From: Wolbachia endosymbiont strain TRS of Brugia malayi
GTDB taxonomy: Bacteria > Pseudomonadota > Alphaproteobacteria > Rickettsiales > Anaplasmataceae
DNA length: 32,000 bases
NCBI RefSeq assembly: GCF_000008385.1
Contig: NC_006833.1
Span: 540,001-572,000 of the forward strand
Reading direction: 5' to 3'
Below are positions 19,126-27,440 of the stretch, one piece after another. The notes below the pieces were generated by a model that worked only from the letters and a program-made list of their open reading frames with translations, did not search any database and was not told the origin of the DNA. The position numbers were made by a program, and so were the translations under genes. The stretch's first letter is position 1; every line of letters begins with the position of its first letter.

Positions 19126-20223
19126 TTAAGTTCTTACTGGCATCACTATATATAATACATTCGGATCATTCTCATCAGTAATAACCGTAGCACTACTACT
19201 ATCTGATAAGCTAAACTTACATTTGCTCTTTATACAGGATAAAGCATCAAGCAAATAACGTGAATTAAAACCTATTTCTATAGGTGCTCCATTGTAATCC
19301 ACCTCTATAAATTCAGTTGCATCACTGCATTCTTGAGAGTTTGAGTGTAGAGTTAATGATTTTTCTTGCAATGAAAATTCAATAGATTTTATTCTATCAG
19401 ATACAACAACGGAAACTCGATCTATAACGCTAGCAAGTTTGCTACTCTCAACGACCATTTGTTTATCTTGAGATGCTGGAATAACGCATTTGTAATCTGG
19501 AAAAGCCCCATCTATTAATTTTGATATTATAATATACTTACCACATGTAAATTTGATCTTCCTGTCTGAAAGTTTTATATTAATTTCATCACAATCATCT
19601 AGTACTTTTAATAGCTCTATCACAGTTTTGCGCGGTATGATTACACCAAATTCGCTATTGATATTTTGAGGCTTTGGCTTTTTTACACATGATAAACGGT
19701 GACCATCAGTTGCAACACAATATAAAAACTGCTCATCTGTATGTAGATATATCCCATTCAAATTATATCTTGTATCATCTAGCGATACAGCAAATTTTGT
19801 TTTATTTAATAAGTCTATCAAGTCTGTATTCAGTAGAGTAAAATCATACTTATGATCACCTTCTTCAAGAACAGGAAGCTTGTTTAAGACTACATTTGGT
19901 AAAGAAAAATTTGCATTTCCATAAGATATTAATAATTTCCCTTGATCGTTTACCTCAAAATTGACATCCAAATCAGCTGGCAACTTCTTCACTATATCGT
20001 GTAAAGTATGTGCTGAAACTTTTACTTCTCCTTCTGTTAACACATCTGCAGCAAGTGAAGCAAATATTGAAATATCAAGATCAGTAGCCATTAATTTTAT
20101 GCTGCCATGTTGTGCTTTAATATTTATACACGCCAAGATATCTATTGCATTACGCCTTTCGACCACTCCACTTACTCTGGACAGCGTACTTAAAAGACTC
20201 GTACGGCCTATGCGAAAACGCAT
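19126..20223 (-). CDS. dnaN: DNA polymerase III beta sliding clamp
   Basis: Typical DnaN N-terminus MRFRIGRTSLLSTLSRVSGVVERRNAIDIL from the ATG at 20223, giving 365 aa. The 28 upstream codons in the track ORF are probably non-coding. Confidence 0.9.
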   Translation of the reverse strand: MRFRIGRTSLLSTLSRVSGVVERRNAIDILACINIKAQHGSIKLMATDLDISIFASLAADVLTEGEVKVSAHTLHDIVKKLPADLDVNFEVNDQGKLLISYGNANFSLPNVVLNKLPVLEEGDHKYDFTLLNTDLIDLLNKTKFAVSLDDTRYNLNGIYLHTDEQFLYCVATDGHRLSCVKKPKPQNINSEFGVIIPRKTVIELLKVLDDCDEINIKLSDRKIKFTCGKYIIISKLIDGAFPDYKCVIPASQDKQMVVESSKLASVIDRVSVVVSDRIKSIEFSLQEKSLTLHSNSQECSDATEFIEVDYNGAPIEIGFNSRYLLDALSCIKSKCKFSLSDSSSATVITDENDPNVLYIVMPVRT

Positions 20224-20402
20224 TTGCTCACATACAGAACTTTGTTTTTTGATTTCTACATCTATACCCACAACTCTGACATTATCTATTCTTAAAAAAT
20301 ATTTCAAATGATATCCACATTCTACGTAAAGTAAAGTGCTTATTTATATTTTTACCGGAAGAGTGTTTTTTATACTATGGTTTAGCCTGAGATTATAACA
20401 GT

Positions 20403-20900
20403 TCACTTTACGTAGCATAAATCATGCATTTTTTGATATGCCTTTTGAAACCCAAGTAGGGAATAAGTATCATCAATGGTTGTCGCTTTTATTCTTCCAC
20501 TAACCACCATTGATAATCCCTGCTTCATTTTTAGAATTAGATCTCGATCTGTTTTTGTATGCTCTGTCCACGCAAGATCTCCTTGTATTATGTATAATGC
20601 ATATTTTATTTTTTTATCGATATTGAGAACTATAGGCTCCTTATCATACTGAAAACCAGAAGTAACACTTACCTCATCTGCTTTTTTATCGACATAACTG
20701 ACCATTACATATGGCTTGCGGTTGGTTGTATAATGTTCGCTCTTTTTCTTAGGGTAAGACACGATATAACATACTTTCTCTCCATCTTCCAATGCAGTAT
20801 ACACAAGCCAGTCTCTATATTTTTCCTTCAATTGTACATCACTAACCGATGCAAGAGCACTTACTGAAAAAAATATTAGAAATACAAAAAAACTACGCAT
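20403..20900 (-). CDS. secreted hypothetical protein, possibly related to invasion-associated locus B (IalB)-type proteins
   Basis: 165 aa with a signal peptide (MRSFFVFLIFFSVSALA). The pattern W..Y....C early and LLGFQKAY....C at the C-terminus is reminiscent of the IalB family from memory only. The start overlaps the rpoH stop by 8 nt. Confidence 0.55.
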   Translation of the reverse strand: MRSFFVFLIFFSVSALASVSDVQLKEKYRDWLVYTALEDGEKVCYIVSYPKKKSEHYTTNRKPYVMVSYVDKKADEVSVTSGFQYDKEPIVLNIDKKIKYALYIIQGDLAWTEHTKTDRDLILKMKQGLSMVVSGRIKATTIDDTYSLLGFQKAYQKMHDLCYVK

Positions 20901-21786
20901 GTAAGCTAAATTTCAAGCTTTCCGACTGTATATGTTGTTTTACCTTACTCATCGCTTGTTCAGCTAGCTGTCTTATTCTTTCTCTTGAAACACAATATTT
21001 TTTACTAAGCTCATCTAGGGTCTGAGTATTCTCAGACAAATACCTACTAATAAAAATATCCCTTGATCTTTCGTTAAGGCTTGCTAATGCATTGTTTAAA
21101 ATTGTTTCTTTTAATTCTTTCTCTTCACGATTCTGATAAGTTACTTCTTGATTAACTGAGTTACATGGGATCATATCTTGTAGCTCTTTTTTAGAGTCAC
21201 CACCTACTTTTATGCAATTATTTAGCGACTGATCCTTACAAGCTAAACGGTAATTCATCTGTATAACATCCCCTTCAGATACAGATAGTTCATTAGATAT
21301 TGCTTTTATTTCTTCATTATTTAAAGTTTCCCTGTTTGTATATTGCAAAATTCTTTTTTTTATTTTACGCAAACTAAAAAATAATCTCCTTTGTGCTTGT
21401 GTTGTGCCTATTTTTACAAATGACCAAGATTTCAATATAAAGTCTTTTATTGAAGCTTCAATCCACCACACCGCATAAGTTGAAAAACGAAATCCCAAAT
21501 CAGGATTAAACTTTTTCACTGCATGGATTAAACCCATATTTCCTTCCATAATTAGGTCCATTAACAATAGCCCATAATTTTTGAACTTCATTGCAATTTT
21601 TACTACCAAATTCAAATGGCTAGTAATCAATTTATGAGCAGAAGAAATATCCTTGCACTGGTTCCAACTTTTCGCCAACCGTACCTCTTCCTCTTGAGAT
21701 AGCATAGGAAATTTTCGCACTTCAGTAATATACTGTGTGAGATTAGTGCTACCGTTAATACATAAGCTCACCTTTGGGATCAACAT
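20893..21786 (-). CDS. rpoH: RNA polymerase sigma-32 (heat-shock) factor
   Basis: RpoH box QRRLFFSLRKIK. Regions 2 and 4 present (FSTYAVWWIEASI; VSRERIRQLAEQA). 297 aa. Confidence 0.9.
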   Translation of the reverse strand: MLIPKVSLCINGSTNLTQYITEVRKFPMLSQEEEVRLAKSWNQCKDISSAHKLITSHLNLVVKIAMKFKNYGLLLMDLIMEGNMGLIHAVKKFNPDLGFRFSTYAVWWIEASIKDFILKSWSFVKIGTTQAQRRLFFSLRKIKKRILQYTNRETLNNEEIKAISNELSVSEGDVIQMNYRLACKDQSLNNCIKVGGDSKKELQDMIPCNSVNQEVTYQNREEKELKETILNNALASLNERSRDIFISRYLSENTQTLDELSKKYCVSRERIRQLAEQAMSKVKQHIQSESLKFSLHA

Positions 21787-21961
21787 AACAACTTAAATTA
21801 AAACTCCAAATATACAATGTATTGACTTTCCAGTAAAAATTCAAGCTTTAATTTAGAAAAAGCATAACTTATTGTGTACCACTGCACCCAACTTGAACCT
21901 TAAGTGCTTTAATACTTACTGCTAAAATATGCAATACAAAACAGTCTACATAGTAAACAGT

Positions 21962-22036
21962 GCCATTCCAGTGCTTAAGAGACACTGGAATCCACATTTC
22001 TTTCCTCTAAGTTCCAGTACCAGCTACTTGAATAAC
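21962..22036. repeat. collapsed (75-bp) copy of the palindromic element
   Basis: Left unit gccattccagtgcttaagagacactggaatccac has a 9-bp stem, attccagtg/cactggaat. It is followed directly by tttcctctaagttccagtaccagctacttgaataac. That sequence matches tttcctctggatcccagtgccacgcactgggataac at 26 of 36 positions by eye. Confidence 0.55.
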
Positions 22037-22070
22037 AAGACTGAGATAACAAGAAGACCACTAAGATAGA

Positions 22071-22793
22071 TTAGAAATTAAACGCTATTCCAGCTTCTGC
22101 ACCAATAGTGCTATAAAGAACTTTATATGCACCCGCAGTAACTTTTGTTTCTTTATCCTCACTAGTTCCTTTATTTACTTCTTCACTTTTATCAAAGTTA
22201 GCGCCATAAGAACCAAAGTAGCGAGCTCCAGCAAAGAGTTTAATTTCTGGGGTTACATCATAGCTAATACCAGCTTTCGCCTGGTAAGCAAAACCAAACC
22301 CATGTTTTTGATCAGCAATAACTTGTGCCTTTGCAGGGTTGCTGATATATGCTACACCAAGACCAACACCAACATATGGAGTAATAGGTATATCTTCAAT
22401 TACTACATCATAATACACATTAACTAGTCCTGAAATTGCTGTTAAATTATCTACAATATCTGGAGTAGGAGCTCGTGAAAGAGTACTTTTACTTAATTGT
22501 GAATAAAGTCCTTCAATGTCCACTCTGATATCATCCATTCTATAACCAAATGCACTACCACCAGCCATGAAAGAAGGCTTATAAAGGTCATTAGTGTCTT
22601 TACTATCCTTTTGAGCTCCTGTGATACCATCAACCTTTGTATTCAAAGGTGAAAACTCACTATTGTACTGCAAGCGAATGTAGTAACTAGTTTCCTCATC
22701 AGCTATTGGACCAACAGGATCTGAAAAAGCAGAGTTTGATAAACTTAGCAACATTACTAAAGCGGTTGCTGAAAAAAACTTTTTATAATGCAT
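22071..22793 (-). CDS. wsp: Wolbachia surface protein (outer membrane beta-barrel, Msp4/OMP-like family)
   Basis: MHYKKFFSATALVMLLSLSNSAFSDPVGP..., ISGLVNVYYD, ITPYVGVGLGVAYIS, AGARYFGSYGANFD and the C-terminal GAEAGIAFNF are hallmark WSP sequences. Confidence 0.95.
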   Translation of the reverse strand: MHYKKFFSATALVMLLSLSNSAFSDPVGPIADEETSYYIRLQYNSEFSPLNTKVDGITGAQKDSKDTNDLYKPSFMAGGSAFGYRMDDIRVDIEGLYSQLSKSTLSRAPTPDIVDNLTAISGLVNVYYDVVIEDIPITPYVGVGLGVAYISNPAKAQVIADQKHGFGFAYQAKAGISYDVTPEIKLFAGARYFGSYGANFDKSEEVNKGTSEDKETKVTAGAYKVLYSTIGAEAGIAFNF

Positions 22794-22831
22794 AATTACC
22801 CTCGTTAAAAAAATTAAAATTTCACTTTAGC

Positions 22832-22860
22832 AATTTAAGTAAAAACTAAAGTTAAGTCAA
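22832..22860 (-). promoter_or_regulatory. candidate sigma-70 promoter for wsp
   Basis: On the minus strand: TTGACT (22860-22855), a 17-nt spacer, then TAAATT (22837-22832), about 39 nt upstream of the ATG. GAGGG Shine-Dalgarno before the start. Sequence pattern only. Confidence 0.3.
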
Positions 22861-23622
22861 GTACTAACTTAATAACACAAAATATTTGACATTTAAACTA
22901 ATTTTTAGAGAAAGGTAAAGATTTTACTAACGAAAAGACCGAATCTGTACTAACATTGCAATATTTGAGAGCAATGTATATCAAGAATACAAAGCCCATT
23001 TTACAGGCCTTAAGAACCCTTATATGGGGATGTTTTAGACCTAAAATTTATCCTTAATCTTTATTTAAGTGACAAAAGCACATTATTAAACTAGGTGTGT
23101 TATGTTTAATTTTTCTTATATAGACACTCCATGTCTTTATAAATTTTTATCTACGTTAGCTGAATCTCGCTTATTAAGTAATGTAATAAGCGCCAAGTTT
23201 TTGAGAGAACAGTAAACAACTCACATTGCATTGTTCTTTTTGTCTTTATTTAAGAATTAGTTCAAAAATCAACTAATCTTCTTTTTTTATAAAGAAATTA
23301 TTTGAAAAACTTCTGCATTACCCTTATCGTGACGTTATGGATATTTATAATTCCAAGGTTGACTACTTACCAAGCATATAAGACATTAATGTCAAGTTCC
23401 TACAAGAGATGAGACGAGAAAGAAACATTGGAATGACACCATTTATTGCATAAATAACCTGAAAATTGCTATGTTCATACAGTCGTGTCACTAGCTTAGC
23501 ATTTCTTTATTCCCCACATCATTTCCACTACTGCGGTTTCTTCCACCTTTATACAATGTTATAGGTGCACTAGCGAAGAAGCGTTAGCATTAGAAATACC
23601 AGAAATTTTATGTAGAAAAAAC

Positions 23623-23955
23623 TTAAAAGGGAAGTTTAAATCCAGGTAGTAAACCCATCATACCTGCAAGATCAGAGGTTACATTTGCCATATCCTCCTC
23701 TGCCTTCTTAATAGCATCATTGAATGCTGCTGTTACTAAATCTTCTACTATATCCTTCTCTTCATTTCTCATAAGCTCTAAGTCTATGCTTACCTTTTTA
23801 GCCTTATAACTACCTATTTTTATGATTCCTACCAACACAGAAACTTTACCGCCACCAGAGATACCTTGAAATTCTTTACCAATATACTTCTCTTGAGCTT
23901 CTGTAAGTTTCTTTTGCATCTCTTGTGCTTGCTTCATTATCTGATTAAAATCCAC
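23623..23955 (-). CDS. ybaB: YbaB/EbfC family nucleoid-associated protein
   Basis: MKQAQEMQKKLTEAQE... and ISGGGKVSV are typical of YbaB. The track start at 23955 is GTG. It lies 3 nt downstream of dnaX. Confidence 0.9.
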   Translation of the reverse strand: MDFNQIMKQAQEMQKKLTEAQEKYIGKEFQGISGGGKVSVLVGIIKIGSYKAKKVSIDLELMRNEEKDIVEDLVTAAFNDAIKKAEEDMANVTSDLAGMMGLLPGFKLPF

Positions 23956-23958
23956 GAC

Positions 23959-25443
23959 TTACTCCTTATTCTCTATGTTGACCACCTTTGCACCCTTAAA
24001 TGTATCAAGTATACCCTTGACTGCAGGTGCATAACTTAAACTACTCGCCCCCTTTTTTATATAACCTGCATCAATTGTAATAACCCACTCCTGCTGAGTT
24101 ATCTGACTTAAATAGTTTTTCAAGTCATTACAAAAATTACTATCCAACTGAGATACAGCCTTTAGTTTTAAATACCCAGGTTTACAATTCACTAATTGTA
24201 GATTACTACATAGCTGCTTGTAAAGATAAATTTGGTTATTCTGTTGTAATAGTTGCAAAATCTTATCAAAATCATAACTTTTCTGTTGTATGTTTTCTGC
24301 GCTGCGTGTATTCCTCTGCTGCGTACTTTGCGCAAGAACTTTCTTGACCACCTGCTCAGGAGAAGGTAGATCAGAAAGATAACAGAGGCTAATTAATATC
24401 ATCTCAGCAGCAACATCACTGCATGTCGAAGCTTTTATATCTTGAACTCCTTTGAGCAACATCCTCCACAATCTCGAGAAAAATATTAAAGACTTTTTTA
24501 CACCCAAGTCTTTTATCCTGTTCTTCTCACATTCTGTAACTGAACTATCAATCTCTTTTGTAACCAAAAAACGGCATATTAACTGAATTGTTTGCAATAG
24601 ACCTTCAAAAATACTAAGTGGGTTTGCCGTTTCTACTGCTTTGTCAAATAACGATAGAGCTTTCTGTAAATCACTGCCCAATATTGCTTCCATTAGATCA
24701 AATATGATATCTTTATCCACTAGGCCAAGTATATCCATCACACTTTTAGTAGATATTACACCACCTTTATTATACAGCACTGCTTGATTCATTAAAAACA
24801 AGGCGTTACGCATTGAATTGCCAGAGTGGCGCGCAATTAACTCTGATGCTTCCTTTTCAATGAAATAACTTTCTCTCTGTGCAATATCATTTAAACGCTC
24901 TACTATTTTAGCTACAGGAATGTTGTACAAATCAAATCTTTGACAACGTGCAATGATAGTGATTGGTATCTTTTTTATCTCTGTAGTTGCCAAGATAAAC
25001 TTTACACTTGGTGGTGGCTCTTCTAGGGTTTTAAGCAATGCATTAAATGCACTGCTGGATAACATATGTACTTCGTCTATAATGTAAACTTTGAATTTAG
25101 AACTTATAGGTGAATAGCAAATATCTCCTAGGATTACTTTGATATCATCAACACTAGTATGACTTGCTGCATCGATTTCAATTACATCTGGATGGCTTGA
25201 ATTTTTTATCGTCAGGCAATTTTTACATGACCCACACGGTTCAAAAGTCGGTCCCAAGGAACAATTTAAACATAAGGCTATTATTCTTGCTGTGGTAGTT
25301 TTACCTACCCCACTAGCACCTGAAAGCAGTATAGATTGTGGAATTCTGTTGAGAGTAAAAGCGTTTTCTAATATACGCACTAGTATATCTTGACCTACTA
25401 GATCTTTAAAGCTACCAGGACGATATTTTAATGCTATGTTCAT
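23959..25443 (-). CDS. dnaX: DNA polymerase III subunit gamma/tau
   Basis: GQDILVRILENAF, Walker A GASGVGKTT, a zinc module CLNCSLGPTFEPCGSCKNC, and DEVHMLS. 494 aa. Confidence 0.93.
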   Translation of the reverse strand: MNIALKYRPGSFKDLVGQDILVRILENAFTLNRIPQSILLSGASGVGKTTTARIIALCLNCSLGPTFEPCGSCKNCLTIKNSSHPDVIEIDAASHTSVDDIKVILGDICYSPISSKFKVYIIDEVHMLSSSAFNALLKTLEEPPPSVKFILATTEIKKIPITIIARCQRFDLYNIPVAKIVERLNDIAQRESYFIEKEASELIARHSGNSMRNALFLMNQAVLYNKGGVISTKSVMDILGLVDKDIIFDLMEAILGSDLQKALSLFDKAVETANPLSIFEGLLQTIQLICRFLVTKEIDSSVTECEKNRIKDLGVKKSLIFFSRLWRMLLKGVQDIKASTCSDVAAEMILISLCYLSDLPSPEQVVKKVLAQSTQQRNTRSAENIQQKSYDFDKILQLLQQNNQIYLYKQLCSNLQLVNCKPGYLKLKAVSQLDSNFCNDLKNYLSQITQQEWVITIDAGYIKKGASSLSYAPAVKGILDTFKGAKVVNIENKE

Positions 25444-25471
25444 GGTTTATGATAAAATAAATAATGAAATA

Positions 25472-25550
25472 GGTATGCAACCCAAAAAGATTCTGGTGTG
25501 GCTGCTTCATTTCTGACCTGACCAAGTTACAGAGTTTTTGCCTGCATACC
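25472..25550 (-). ncRNA. ffs: signal recognition particle RNA (small bacterial 4.5S type)
   Basis: The minus strand reads GGUAUGCAGGCAAAAACUCUGUAACUUGGUCAGGUCAGAAAUGAAGCAGCCACACCAGAAUCUUUUUGGGUUGCAUACC. Its core matches the conserved E. coli 4.5S segment CUCUGUUUACCAGGUCAGGUCCGGAAGGAAGCAGCCAAGGCAGA. The terminal helix is GGUAUGCA/UGCAUACC. It sits in the conserved position upstream of dnaX. Confidence 0.85.
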
Positions 25551-25708
25551 TTATAAAAGATTATACTTTTTTTTTTATTTAGCAAGATATATTCTATATT
25601 AGCCCTATAACTTGATATGCTAAATTTTTTACAGTGCTACTTTGAAGTAAATAAAAAGTTAGTTATTATGCAAGTCACTACAAGATTATCACTTCAATGT
25701 TTATTTAT

Positions 25709-25871
25709 GTCATCCCAGTGCGTGACACTGGGGCTCAGAAATCTCCTCAACAACTGGACCATATGGTCAAGCTATAGAATGATAAGTGCTGGAGCAATAA
25801 GAGATTATGCAAGAGACCTATTAAAATCCACACCTTTTCCTCTGGATCCCAGTGCCACGCACTGGGATAAC
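25709..25871. repeat. 163-bp composite palindromic element (reference copy)
   Basis: Left unit is gtcatcccagtgcgtgacactggggctcag. The right unit at 25842-25871 is, in reverse complement, gttatcccagtgcgtggcactgggatccag. Each unit forms a cccagtg/cactggg-type hairpin. 103 bp lie between the units. Confidence 0.7.
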
Positions 25872-25885
25872 GAAGGAGAGGTGTT

Positions 25886-26539
25886 ATGATTTTATATCAT
25901 TTTCCTCTTTGTCCGTTCTCACGAAAAGTTAGAGCCCTTCTTAAGGAAAAAAAGCTGAGCTGCAATTTAGTACATGAAAACCCGTGGGAAAAGCGGAATG
26001 AATTTATGAAGATTAATCCAACTGGACAGGTACCAGTGCTTATAGATAACAACTTTATTATAACAGACAGCAACGCTATTTGTGAATATCTAGAAGAAAC
26101 TTATAATAGCGATATCAAATTGCTTGACTCGTCTACTGTTATTAAATCTCAAATACGTGCTTTAATTAATTGGTTTGATAATAAATTTTATAATGAAGTT
26201 ACTAAATATATTATAAATGAGAAAGTAATAATTAACCGCAGTCCTGACTCTAGATTTCTCCATGCAGCTCAACATAATCTATCTTGCCATATAGAGTACA
26301 TTGAGTACTTAATTAACAAAAACGTTTGTCTCGTAACTGATAAGTTCACTTTAGCTGACATTACTTTAGCATCACATATTTCTGTAATGGATTATGTAAA
26401 TAGTTTTCCATGGGAAAAAAGTAAAATTCTAAAAGAATGGTATTCCATTGTTAAGTCAAGGCCTTGTTTTCGTGAGATGTTATTAGAAAGAGTTCCTGGG
26501 TTAACTCCTCCTCTGCACTATGCCAACTTTGATTTTTAG
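25886..26539 (+). CDS. glutathione S-transferase family protein
   Basis: N-terminal thioredoxin-like domain MILYHFPLCPFSRKVRALL...GQVPVL...SNAICEYLEE, plus an alpha-helical C-terminal domain. AGGAG lies upstream of the ATG. Confidence 0.8.
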   Translation: MILYHFPLCPFSRKVRALLKEKKLSCNLVHENPWEKRNEFMKINPTGQVPVLIDNNFIITDSNAICEYLEETYNSDIKLLDSSTVIKSQIRALINWFDNKFYNEVTKYIINEKVIINRSPDSRFLHAAQHNLSCHIEYIEYLINKNVCLVTDKFTLADITLASHISVMDYVNSFPWEKSKILKEWYSIVKSRPCFREMLLERVPGLTPPLHYANFDF

Positions 26540-26540
26540 T

Positions 26541-27191
26541 CTACGTAAGCTTTAAAGCTATAGTCATTCCTTCATCAGTTGGAATTAATATAGAGCAATA
26601 TTTTTTTTCGTCCGATAACCTATAATTGAATTCCCTCATAGCACGCCATGATTTCTCTAACACTTCTTTTGGAGGTGATTTCAAAAATACTGTGTTAAGT
26701 AATAGAGTATTATCCGCAACAATCAGCCCGTCTTGTTTAATGTATGACTCTGCCCAATCTAAATATTTAGGATAACCAGCCTTATCAGCATCAATGAATA
26801 TCATGTCATATGGTGCTTTTGCTGATAATTCAGCCAATTTTTCTAATGCATTGCCTACTATTAAAGTAATTTTATTACTCATATTAAAAGCATTAAAATT
26901 CTTTTTTGCTATTTTAAAGTGCTTGGGATTGTTTTCTATTGTGTATATATGGCCATATTCAGGCAGAGCTTTTGCCATACAAATTGATGAGTAACCGTAC
27001 AATGTGCCAATTTCAACGATACTTCTCACCTTGTGAATCTTTATAAATAAACTTAATAACTTTCCTTCTTCAGGGCTAATTTGAATGTGTTGTTTTTTCC
27101 CAAGAATACAATACTCTTCTATTTCTTTACATTCTTTTGCAAATAAATCTCGTATATATAATAATTTTATGTTAGGGTTATTACGTGCCAT
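26541..27191 (-). CDS. class I SAM-dependent O-methyltransferase (caffeoyl-CoA OMT-like, Methyltransf_3 type)
   Basis: VEIGTLYGYSSICMA (SAM motif I), FIDADKAGYPKY, and a C-terminal IPTDEGMTIALK. Confidence 0.8.
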   Translation of the reverse strand: MARNNPNIKLLYIRDLFAKECKEIEEYCILGKKQHIQISPEEGKLLSLFIKIHKVRSIVEIGTLYGYSSICMAKALPEYGHIYTIENNPKHFKIAKKNFNAFNMSNKITLIVGNALEKLAELSAKAPYDMIFIDADKAGYPKYLDWAESYIKQDGLIVADNTLLLNTVFLKSPPKEVLEKSWRAMREFNYRLSDEKKYCSILIPTDEGMTIALKLT

Positions 27192-27241
27192 GTTTTGTAT
27201 TATAGGAAGGCTTAATTAATATAAAATTCATAAATAATTAT

Positions 27242-27278
27242 ATAGCCTAAAATGATATAAACATTTATTTTAGGCTAT
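27242..27278. promoter_or_regulatory. 12-bp perfect inverted repeat in a divergent promoter region
   Basis: atagcctaaaat (27242-27253) and attttaggctat (27267-27278) with a 13-nt spacer. It lies between the O-methyltransferase start (27191, -) and the 27441 ORF (+). Function unknown. Confidence 0.3.
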
Positions 27279-27440
27279 TATTTTATAGCATAAAATTTTA
27301 AGTGACAAAAATTGTGATATATAATATCATAGTTAACTAGTGCAACAGCTGATTGGCTGCCACACTAAAATTTAAAGAGACTGCTTACATGCAAATTTCT
27401 CTTTTAAATATAATTTTCATAATCAATTAGAGGGAGTTAT

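Noticed and set aside
20224-20307. 28-codon N-terminal extension of dnaN in the ORF track
   Set aside because: The canonical clamp N-terminus (MRFRIGR...) starts at the internal ATG at 20223, and the extension has no counterpart in DnaN proteins.
20322-20415. 11-bp inverted repeat ctacgtaaagt / actttacgtag spanning the spacer between the 165-aa ORF and dnaN
   Set aside because: With a 72-nt spacer, roughly one such match is expected by chance in a window this size. One arm is simply the ORF's last codons.
24041-24058. dnaX-style slippery heptamer A AAA AAG (minus strand, codons 462-464) whose -1 frame stops after three codons (KKGGE*), resembling the E. coli gamma-subunit frameshift site
   Set aside because: The same heptamer occurs at least twice more in this gene, at Lys-Lys pairs (GVKKSL, EIKKIP), as expected in an AT-rich genome. 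This one would remove only the last 30 residues rather than whole domains. I see no convincing downstream stem-loop or upstream SD-like stimulator.
25617-25889. 90-aa ORF upstream of and overlapping the GST start
   Set aside because: It reads straight through both hairpin units of the 163-bp palindromic element and the AT-rich spacer. It has no ribosome-binding site and no recognisable protein features. I treat it as an artefact of the repeat.
26563-26585. gtcattccttcatcagttggaat inside the O-methyltransferase 3' end, resembling the start of a palindromic unit
   Set aside because: It encodes the native conserved C-terminus of this methyltransferase family (IPTDEGMT, like the usual P.GDG[LM]T). 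The similarity is limited to 8 nt.
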